Origin: Podarcis erhardii
Lineage: Eukaryota
Length of the DNA stretch: 64,000 nucleotides
Assembly: GCA_964252035.1 (NCBI GenBank)
Contig: OZ176200.1
Strand: one strand, 5' to 3'
Below, one piece after another: positions 13,801 to 25,800 of this stretch. Each line of letters begins with the position of its first letter. Position 1 is the stretch's first letter. A program made the position numbers and the translations under genes. Below the pieces are notes generated by a model, which was not told where the DNA came from, did no database searches, and saw only the letters and a list, made by a program, of their open reading frames with translations.

Positions 13801-16800
13801 AGCCACATATACTGTAGCGGCGAAAGCATTTTCTTTTTAATTTGTGCCGGTCATCCAAACTTTGATGTGTAGGAAAGCAATCAAATGCATAACTTGATAG
13901 TAGTGCAAAGACACAGGAATGGAAGTAAACATTTTAGGAGGCAAACATCAGAACAGTGTGGAGTCAATTCAGTTAACTACAACTATATAAAGGGGTCAGT
14001 ATATCACAATATTTATTTCAAATTGAGCTAGTTTGTTTATCAGTGTTATGAGGCCAAGCAATTTTATTTTATTTTTTACAAAAACACAGATTTTTAGGGA
14101 TTGTCAAAGCACATTTATCTCTATCTCTATTTTAGTCTATTTTATATTGGCCACTATGAAAATCCCCCCGCCCCTTCAGAACAAGCATTTTAGGTACTTT
14201 GTGAAAGTTCCATCACTCTTGAAAATCCATTGTTTGTGGGAAAAGATGAAAGTGATACTAAATAAGTTGATTAAAGAATGCAAACGAGGAGTGTGCTCAT
14301 TTGGCTTGTCTTTTCTGTTCCAAGTCAGAGGAACAGGAGCTACTTTCCTGAATATGGTAAAATTTAAGAAACTGTTACTGAGGCAAGCATATGGAACAAT
14401 ATACAGATATACTGCAGATGATCTCAAGGGCAAGACAGCATGAACTGGGCCAACATGAAACATGATGTGTGTGTGGATGTGTGTTTGCCAAGAAAAATAT
14501 GGTCAATAACATGGTCAGTGATGTGGAATCTCAGTGCCATGGTGCCTTGATACTTGTCAAACCAGTCTTGCCTGCATTAGTTTACAGATGCTCAGTCTCA
14601 ACTAAGATATGATGTAGTTCCTTTAAAAGCCCCATAGCAGAAGGGCAGAATGAAACCACTGCATCTCCCAACCTATCCATCCACTGGCTCCCTTCTTCCA
14701 TCCTTTTGTTTATTTTATTTATTAAAAGTGTTTATGAATTGCCTTTTCTGCCCCCAAGGCAATATACAACAACTATAAACAACACAGATTTTTAAAAAAA
14801 CACCAATTAACAAAACCAATTAACAATGTGGGATTGAAAACCCATCCAGAGCCAGGTGGAACAAAATAGTTTTTTTAAGCTAGGCAAAGATAGGGACAAC
14901 CTTGTGGCCCTCCTAGGGAAGGCATTCCACAAGCCAGATGCTGCTATATAGAAGAGTTTCTGTCCTGGGCCTTTTCACCTAGGAGTCTAGTTGTTGCCCC
15001 CTACATTTGGCAAGGAGGAAAGGTGACAAAAAGAAACGGTGGAGAAACAGAATGGGAAGCAGAGTGGCAGCACCTTCTCCTGATGTTACAGGGCCTTTAA
15101 AGGTTTGGGCAACATCTTTGGGTTCAGATATAGTAACATTAATATCTGATTGTATCTTGTTTATTTTCATGGTCTGCTGAGTGATCACCGTTGTATTTCA
15201 ACACACTGTGTCATGGAGATTATTTGATTTTTAAAGCCTGAAAACAGGGAATGATATGTTAATATTGCGATGTCATATATAATTACAGAAGGCCACTTCA
15301 AGAACAACAAGCATTTAATGTCACATGCATGTCACACGCATGCTGTCTGAGGAAAAACAAACAGCCGCAGGCAACTCTGCCAAGCATCTGGCACGTGCAG
15401 AAGTGCCACACCAGTCAATACGTAAGGATTAACCATGCAGTGCCATTCCAAACAAAGAGGAAAACCAGTCCCAACAAGAGTGCTGAAGAAGGGGGCAGGG
15501 GGAGGGGGGGGGGAAATACGTATATGTGTATATTAGACAATGAACAGACAAAGTTTGGAAAACAAATCAATTTGTGTTTTCTATAGTTATTCATAGTTCA
15601 GAAAGTTTCCACAAATTTGAATGAAATGTACCAATTTCACCCCAGCCATGACTCTCTTAACTCTTTGTCGCCATTTGTTGGCTGCCTCTTCTGGCAATTG
15701 CGGGCCCTTCTGATGGCATTTGAAGGAAACAGAAAAGGGTCATGCAATATGGTTGTTACAAAGCATTGACTCATATAGGCAATAAATCAATACCCTCAGC
15801 AAAATATGGACACGCTACAGCTTAAAAACAAATAGAAGCTGCCTTTACTTGTTATGGGCCAATGCTATGTCTTCTGAAATGAAGTAAATTACTATAAGGA
15901 AGAAAGTACAAAATAAAACCACAGGAAAATGACCAGTGTTATCTAGTAAAACAACAACAACAAAAACAACAATGCAAATGATAAAAATGGATCTGTATTA
16001 TTTTAAGGTGTCACAATATGTGTCAGACAGGAGTCTGATCTCCTTCATAATGAAAGTTATCAGCAAAATCCCACAATATTTTGTAGTGGGATGACTAGAG
16101 CCATTTAACTAGCCAATGACCTGGAGTCAGGAATGAGTAGTGAGTTTGCAGGTAGAATGAACTTTTTCAGAATGGTGGAACCCAAAGGAGATTGTGGAGA
16201 AACCAAGAAGGATCTACCTGCAAGATCTTCGCTTTTTTAGTTCATTTTTGAGATAGGGTGACTGGAATGGAATACAGTATTTCAATCATGTCCACACCAT
16301 AGATGTACATTTAGAACATTGGCAGTTCCTGCCCCCACATCCACGTTAACTACAATTTAATACCCCCTCACCACCACCACCAATGTTGCATACTGAATAA
16401 AAGTTTTCATTGAGATATTCATCATAAACTGTAAATTTCTTGCTTGGCTAGTCGTACCAGTCTATCTCCCATTAGTACATAAAAAATACTTTTGCTCTTG
16501 TTCCAATCTGCATCACTGCATACATACTTACAATGAAATTTAACTGCCAATTTGTGGCCCACTAGCCTGAGCAGTTTGGTGTTGTTTGCAAACTTGAGCA
16601 GTTTACTCCTCTCTGCTGTTGAACCATATGGTTATAAATTTATAACACCTGTCCTCTTATTCCATGCCTGCTAACTTTTATTCTCCCCATATGAACCAAC
16701 TCAGACCCTGTGATCCTCATCCAAGGCCCTTCACTGTGTGCCTCCTCCATGAGAGGACTGGAGGGTGGCAACCTAAGAAAGGGGCCTTTTCTGTGGTGGC

Positions 16801-19800
16801 GCCTGCCTGTGAGATGCTCTCCCCAGGGAAGCTCGCCTGGCACCTTTGTTACATATCTTCAGGTGCCAGGCAAAAACAGCCTTATCATCTCAGGCCTCTG
16901 ACTAATTAAACAATCTATGGCCTTTTAAACTGTGGGCTGGGGGTATTGTTTTTGTTTGGTACTATGGTATGTATTTTTGTGTTTTTATATTGTAAACCTT
17001 GTGGGCCTCAGATGGAGGGTGGTATAGAAATTTAATAAATAATAACAACAACTTTACACAGGAGCATTTGGTGAGGGAGTTCTCTGGCTCTCACAAATTC
17101 TGTAGTAGTTGAATTTTTTTTACTTTTTTTTAGTGCCAGATCTACACTGTTACAGACCACTACATACCATGTGGCACTTAGAGATCTGTATCAGTGAAAG
17201 TGTGTCAAATGTCTATTCTTCTTCTAGAAAACCAGGACTGTAGTTGTTGTACAGGAGTTTGGTTACAAAGGAGCTTGGAGATGTTAGAAAAGGGAAACAC
17301 TTAAAATGTAAAATTAAGGACTTGAAAATTAGGTAAATCATTCCATAAACCACTTTGGGTTTCTGCCCCCCTGGTATTAAACTAGGATCACGCTGAAATA
17401 AATGGAACTAAACTGTTTTAAACCCTTGGTGAATTAGAATGTGAAGTACATGCTTACGTTATGATCCTGAAGTGACAAATATCTGCAATGGTACACACAG
17501 GGCACTGATATATAATGGCCTCACAGATGGGCCATACTCATACCAATCCATGATAAAGCCTTACTATCAAAATATTACATGCATAGACACAAATGTAATT
17601 GGTTCAGTCACAGCAGAAGTGCCTTCATGTTTAAGCAAATAATCCCCAAAGTTGAACTTAACCTACTTCAACTTCACCCAGTTCTACAGCAAGTAATATT
17701 TATGTCTGGCAATGGTTGTTTCCAGTGCAGCACAATTCCAGTGTTGATGAGGCTGCTTCACTAGTCTATCTTCACAGGACATCAGGGCAAAGCCATACAG
17801 CAAGATGAGTGTTCCTTTTCTGGAGCAGTGGCTCAAATAACTGAGCCTTGCAAGCATTAACGAAACTGAAAACCCCCACAAATTAAGGTGCCAATTCTGG
17901 TATTACAGTCCAGACACATGATAACCCATTCACAACACCCGTCCAACATATGTAATTCTATTGAAAATGGCATCTCATGTAGACTTGAACCTGGAAAATG
18001 AAGAAAGTCAATGGGAAACGAAGCAAAAAATAATAATTACTAAATAGAAATGGTCAGGGAGGGGGAAGTTTGTGGCTTCCTTGGAAATAACTGGACTGGG
18101 GTGGGAGGGAGGGAGAGAAAATGGTGATTAACCAGATGCAGATCCACTAGGCAACTATACAGTGCAATCTACCCAGGTGTGTTTGGGCCATTTCACACAT
18201 TATACAGAGGTAAGCTTGGATTTGGCATGGAGTGTATATTCAACAGACAGCTGCAGCCAATCACGGCTTTTTTACATGTGTCCCTGTACAATACATCCTT
18301 CGCTCTAGTCACAGTCTGTTTTTATGTGCCCTTAAGTACCTAGCTATGGAGGAGGCTGCCCACTGTATTCCTGCATGTAGTCAATTTTCTTCTAATAATA
18401 GATTTAAGGCAGGGTCCCCTGGAGTGAGCTCGTCAAGAAAAAGCAATTCTTATTCTTTTACATACTAAAAGTAGATCTTTTAAAAGTATACCTCCTATTT
18501 TCATTTCGGGGGAAAAGACCCAGCTATCAGAACTTTGGGAAACACCAATATAGTGCGTTCAATTCTGCACACATATATTAATGCTATTTTCACAGGCTTC
18601 TGTAGTTGTTCTGGCTTTGAATAAACTGTTGTTGTTGTTGTTGTTGTTGCAGAGATGCAAACTGCTATTCTATTCACGCGCCATGATTTAGGTGTGAGAA
18701 CGTGCACAGAATAAGGATGCACGCGCTCTAAGGAATTATTGGAATCTTAAAACAATTCCTATGGTCACTACGCCTGTGATGAACCCACATCTGAATTAAC
18801 CCTACAGAGCTCACATTATTTTACTGCAGCAATGGTCATCTAAACATTGTCGGACCCCAACTCTCACCAGCACCAGCCAACATGGCCAATAGTCAGGGGT
18901 GATGGGAATTGTAGTCCCAAACATCTGGAGGACCGGAGTTTGCTTATTCCTGATCTAGAAGGTCACAAGTTCTCCCCGTTTGTATAGCAACCCTCTCTTG
19001 CTCACCTGTCCTTGGGTGTCCATCTCTTTGGGATCTTTTTGGGTGTCCATCTCTATCTGTCTTTCTTTATATGTGAAGTTAAAGAATGGTAATGGAGGTG
19101 GAGAGTAGCTGTTTGTTACTGTATGCCATTGTAAATGGGGAAACCTCAACTATGAATAAAAAAAAATCTACATTGTTAGCTTACCTCTTTATTTTTGGAT
19201 TCTTTCCTTAGTGATTTTTCTAACACTTTAGCTTCATATTCAGCCCTGGGGTGATCCTGCAAATAAGTCAATAGGCTAGTGAGCCATGAAACCCATTTTC
19301 TACTCATTCAAATGTTCAAGAACAAAAACAAATAAAGGTTCCAGTGTAATTTAATTTTAAAAATAAATAAATGTTAATCTTATTTGAAAAATAAAATGTT
19401 AGGATTTAATTTAAAATGCTTGCTCATGTCATTGCTCTCTGTTGGTGTGCCATTATAGCTAAAGACCTTAAACTATAATCTGCAATGCTGCTGGCTCAGC
19501 TGATGTCCTTGCCTTGATGGTGACACTGCTGCTGCAAGTTTGGCTCCTCTCCTCTCTCATATGACACAGCAGCTGCATCACACAGTTAGGGATGGGACAG
19601 AGGCAGGGTTATGGCCAGCAGCAGTGCAAATCAAGTACAACCCTGCAACAATTTCTCTAGCAGCAAATGGTTTATATTGCATAATGTGCTGATTTGCAGC
19701 CTTGCAATTCATTTTAAACTGGAACCTTTCATTTCAGTCATTGCACAGAGGCCATTTGTAAGACTGTTCATCTGATGTTACCATAAATGACCCAAGAAGG

Positions 19801-22800
19801 GGCTGGGACAGCAATAAGGTGGTGTGAGTTTAAGCATTCAGTTTATGGACACCTGAGATGCTATTTCTTATCAGTTAACCTCATCAGTCTTGCCAAAAGA
19901 ATGCATTTCAGATTTGCCAAACACACTGGGAAAATATGTGAAAATAATCAGAAGTTGAAGGAATGAGATAGCCAAAAGATTCAGAAAGTGCCTTAAAAAT
20001 GCATTAGATGGATATGGGAATGGATATGAAAAAGTCCCAACAGGGATATATATATATATACACAGTATAGGAAGAAAGAATCATTGCAGTGGAAGGAAAT
20101 CAGATGCTAGGAAAAAAGAATGAGGTGAGATCAGAAGGCATCTTTCACCACTCAACAGATCAAAAAGGTAGAGAAATTTCAAAAAAATAAATAAAAATAA
20201 AATAAATCCAAACCTTGACTGCCTCCTTCAGGAAACCATAAAAAACACAAACAAACATAAAAATTAAAATTACTTCACTGTTGCACAATTCTGCACTGGA
20301 TACAATTGTTTTTATTCATGTGAATGTGGCTGAAGGAATCAGAAGAGACATGGCTGCATCTTTGGGGAAACTGTCTTCTTTTGCATTTATATTAATGTTA
20401 AATTGGTAGCATGAAAGGAAACATATTATTGCATCAAGATGTATGAGTTTAAGTAACATGGTGGTATACAGTCTGGATGGTGACATGTGATTAAACCCTC
20501 AATGGAATAAACAACAACTACATGAAAGAACAGTTGTGCGCTGGAGTTCCAGCCAGTGTTCATTTCAATGGGACGAGAAGCTCCTGGGGATTTTGTCTCA
20601 CACTATTTAACCTCTTCAGTCTTCAGCAGGATTTAAATGCATGCTCAAGAGCTTGGCTCATAGGGCTGAATTAGTGGGACTGGAGTGTGTTAAGTGAAAA
20701 GTAAAATACATTCTATTAACAGCAGTTATCTCAGGTCACAGGCTGTTACCATTGCAGAGAACACTGAACATAACCCTGAAAGATATTTGCCACTAGAAGG
20801 ATACAGTTAATCCTTTCCACTTTCATGTAAGCTAACAACAAGGTACCAAAAATAAAAGAACAGTTGTCTTATGGTATCCATAAAAACATCCTCCCATTGT
20901 TATCCAATAGGTTACGTCTCAGTCCTAGGTATGCATGTGGGGTTCATGTTAGCCCAGTGACATGTTTGCAAGCAAACAACAGGATCAGGGCCTTAGAACA
21001 CTTTGATGTCACTGAAGACCTTTCAACTCAATGGTAAAAAAATATTAAGTCTGTAATTTATATTTATTCATTTCAATATGTATCACCTTTGACATTGAGT
21101 GTAGAGGCTTGATAAAGATCAGCTGACAGTGTAATCCCTGTCACGTTTGGGTGTCTGCTGGGTGTACATGTAGACATCTGCAGGAAGCAGATGACCCACC
21201 CTAAATTCCGTTATCCCAGCCCTAAATTAATGATTACACTAAAATGAATATTTAGTTTGATAGACAAAATTGTGCCTCTGATTAATTGTACAGCATTTTA
21301 AACATTTTAATGTAAGCACTGCAGTTGGCAAACATTATCTTAAAAGAGGTTTTCCTTGTGCTCTCTCATAAAAGAGGAAATGTCTCTTATAAGATGATGC
21401 CTAGGATGACACACATATACACAACCGAAAAACAAAGTACTGTATGCATTTGCTTCAGAACTATCATTTTTCTTCAAATGCAAATTCAGTTGGTTTACTC
21501 AGCTCAGATTTGTTTAACTGTAAAGCAAGCCCTCAACTTACACAGGGGTTCTGGGGATCGCGCCTAAAGTTGAAATTGCGTATAGTCCAAACACAATGCA
21601 TACAATTGCCAAAGTCTTTTTGCCCTGGACACCTGCACCTTTTTATTTTATTTATATATTTTTGTTTGCCAAGTGCATAAAGCTGAATGTGCACAAGTTA
21701 AATGCTCATAGGTTATGGGTTTGCTGTATACTATGCTATGCCAAAACTAGCTGTGATTTATGGTAGTAGAAGAACCTCACAACAGTTCAATGGAACCTTG
21801 TCTGCTCACCAGTTTTAAAATATGAGAGATATGAACTCTAACCCTGGAGAGGTAGAACACACAGTGCAAAAATAAATTTAAAAAGGAAAGTGGAGGGATA
21901 GGAAAATTGCAAAATGGGAATGTTTGTTGGAGAGAAGGGAGTAGCCTCAGGGTAACCGATTAAGTAGCCTCTCCTTAATCACACCCGTTCTACTCCTGAC
22001 TTCAATGACCTGGTTTTGGTTAAAATATTTGGTGCGGTTCTAATCTAACGCTGAGTGTGAGCAAAACCCACCAACTGAACCTTCCAAAAATAAATTTGAG
22101 GGAAGTTGTGGCAAGTCAGAAAAAGATAAATCCTTTAGGTTCACGAGCCTTTCCTAACTGCAAGAGGCAGTGATTGAGACATCCAAACAGAAACCACAGA
22201 AGTCCTCTTCAGGCATTCAGCCTGAACAGGCAATGGCAAAAACAATGACCAATTTTCCTGCAATAATAAGGCAGGTAATAAGAGGGAGGCTTCTAAGTAC
22301 TCGGCCCTCCAGCTGTTTTGGGACTCCAGATAGTGGTTTGTTAGGAGTAAAATGAGCAATCCCTGGTTCAAATCCCCAAACTAGGGGTTATGGTTTGTTT
22401 CCTTTCAGCATGACCTAGATCGTAGGGTTCATCGTGACATGCCATTGAAACCAGTAACACACTCAATTCTAATTTGGAAGCTCAGAAGTTATTTTATAAA
22501 TAGAAGCTCACAACTAACACCGAAAAGCTACTTGATTTCCTTATAAAACTTTTAAAGCAGTATTTTAAGCAGTATTTATTCACTTTTTGAAAATGGAACT
22601 GTAAGGGATGGATTATACAAACACTGGATTGATTTACAAACTATTTCTAGGGAAATTTACATTTCAGGGGAAAAATTGAAAAAACTAAACATTAAAACAT
22701 AACAAAAGGAAAACAGCAGAAAAACACTCTTTCAAAACAATCAACATTTTCCTTTTTGCAGTTCTTAAATTATGTCAGTGCTCTCTAATATTTTCTACAT

Positions 22801-25800
22801 AATTTGCTGTCTTGAATTATTTTACCTTTCAATCAATGTTTGATATGCTGAATACAAGCTATAGTTTAAAAATCTAGGCTCACACAGAAAAGACAACTGA
22901 AGTACTTGCCACCCTGCATTTAGGAGAGAATTATTCTCAAAACAGAGCAAATCACACAATTTTTTCTTACACTCCCCCTCCCGTTCTCCTTCATGGGTGT
23001 GCTCACTTAATATGTTTCCTGTATCAAGGGAGTCATTTGCAAGCTATATATGTTTTAATGCCCACAACACTAGGCGTGACCCTCATTTTATAGTTCTAAC
23101 GTTATGCTTCCATGGTAACAAGACATGCTACCGTACTACCACACCCTTCCCAAACTTAGAAATAGTATATGTGCAGGATTTTCCTTTCCAATGGGTCAAC
23201 AACTAAAAATGAAAGACCATTTGGCAGATGTAACAACCAATGAAATAGCACATAACAAAATTAACTTACTTCCTCTTCTTCAAACCCAGTCAGATCCCAT
23301 CTGTAGTTCAGACGCATCTGTTTTCTCTTCCAGTGTTCCATGAATGTAGCAGCTGGGTGGTTAAAAGAAAAAAAATACTTAAGAAGAGCAGGCTAATTCT
23401 ACCACTTGCTATTTGTTATGGTTTCCATTAACAAAACCAGAGATGGTTACATGTGCTATACAGCACACTACTCTTTCCTCTCCAAATAAATTAAAACATT
23501 TCTTTCAAAGCCCAAAGTAGAATGGAAGACCCTACTGCAGGCATGGCCAAACCTGGCCCTCCTGCTGTTTTGGGACTACAATTCCCATCATCCCCAGCTA
23601 ACAGGACCAGCAGTCAGGGATAATGGGAATTGTAGTCCCAAAAACTGCTGAAGGGCCAAGTTTGGTCATTCCTGCCTTACTGCCTTTAAGACTGATGATT
23701 GTAAATAATTGTAATTGATTTTATAATATTGGGTTACTAGTAAGTCTAAACACGAGAGGACACTTAATGCTGTTTTTGCAATTTTCATTTACAAATATTG
23801 TAGGAATAAAACAAAATAAAAGTTGCCTTGACTTTATTTACAAATATATAAGCAGTACATAAGATGAGGCATTCCTAAAAGGCAGAAGATTCACTATGGC
23901 ATACCAGATCCCCAGACAAATGTCTCAGCTCCCATTAAGCCTTCAGCCAACTTACCACTCTTTTTCCTTTTGCCAATTCCACAGAATCTGCCTTCCTCTC
24001 CCCATGGCTGTGTATGTGTGTTTCACCTGTCTCAAACTCTGATGGGGATCTCATTTAAACACAGGTGTTCCCAATTATTCTTGAGCAATTAGCATCCATG
24101 GAGGCTCAAGCAAGTATTCTGGGCTATTAACCCACAATTTTCAAGAGGGGTTTAATATTCAAGCTGTACAAAGGGTGAGGATGGCTCAAAATTGAAATGC
24201 CCCCACTTGCAACCAAAGCTGTGGTCCATTTTGTTTGTCAACCCAGACCCATGTTTCCTAAATCTGGATTCATGCTTGAAATGGGTCACAGAGCCCCTCT
24301 TCTCTCCTATGCCATTTCTCCCTTCATAGGCAAAGGGATGGGGAGACTTCAGGGAATCTAGCTCACTAATAGGCAGGTTGACTGATTGACTGGTTAACTC
24401 AGACATAGGCAAACTCAGCCCTCCAGATGTTTTGGGACTACAACTCCCACCATCCCTAGCTAACAGGACCAGTGGTCAGGGATGATGGGAATTGTAGTCC
24501 CAAAACATCTGGAGGGCCGAGTTTGCCTATGCCTGGGTTAACTCTAGAATTTGACATAGTGCTTGTGAGAATGCTCAGAAACTTATAAACCTTTATACGC
24601 TTCTAAGCATTTCAATTAAAGCATCATTTCTTGTGAGAACAATGTTGGGGAATGGAAGAACCTGCTCTCTGACACCTGAGATGTGTATTTTTGGAACCTA
24701 CCTCACTTTTGTGATAGTAATTTGTTTTAAACTGTTTGGCATGTTATATTTTAAATTGTTGTAACCTGTCTTGGGACCTTAGGGTGAAGGGTGGGTAAAT
24801 AGTAGGAGAAATAAATTATTTATTACACACACACACACACCACCACCACCACCATTTATCAAAAGATCTCAGGGAGGTGGGCAACTTTAGAAACACATTA
24901 CATTATATTCCCTTGTTGCCACCTTCTGAACCTCTCTGGGAGTGGAGACATAGAGAAGGGCCTCAGATGACAAGTGCATGGTCTGGGTTAGTTTGTATGA
25001 GGAGGCAGTCTTTAAGGTATTGAGGCCCTGAGCCGTGTAAGGCTTTATAGGTCAACACCAGCACTTCGAATTGGAAACTGATCAGCAGCCAGCGCAGTTA
25101 TGCCAGGTTTGGTGTTATACGCTCAAACCGTCTTGTTCTGGTGAGCAATCTGGCCATTGCATTCTGCACCAGCTGAAGTTTCTGAATCGTCTTCAGAGGC
25201 AGCCCTGCGTATAACGCATTGCAGTCATTCAATCTAGAGGTCGTTGGAGCGTAGGCCATAGAAGTTAGGCTTTCCCTGTCCAGATAGGGGCATAGCTGGG
25301 CCACCAACCGAAGCTGGCAGAAGGCACTCCACACCACTGAGGCCACTTGGGCCTCAAGTGACAATGGCGATCCAGGAGCACCCCCAAGCTATGTACCTGT
25401 TCCCTCAGAGGGAGTGTAACCTCCTCAAGAGCAGGCAATCTTCCACCCACCCAGCCTAGGGAACCACCTAGTACCAGTGCCTCAGTCTTATCTGGATTGA
25501 GCTTCAGTTTATTGGCTCTCATCCATTACTGAAGCAAGGCACCAGTCCAGCACATCCACTGCCACACCTGCAGATGTAAAGGAGAAATAGAGCTGTGTGT
25601 CACCAGCATACTGCTGACAACACACACCAAAAGGCTGGATGACTCCTTGCCTCAAACTCCTTGGAGGAAAGGCAAGATATAAATATAAGACATACATACA
25701 TGAATTGGAGCACCCACCTCTTGCAGGTTAGCCCCTCGCTTCATGAAAATAAGACTGTAGGGGCAATCTATTATCTGGGTTCCCCCCCTATTCTTTGAAA

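Noticed and set aside
25098-25697. RT-like ORFs as a host gene
   Set aside because: Frameshifted, 5'-truncated L2 ORF2 remnants.
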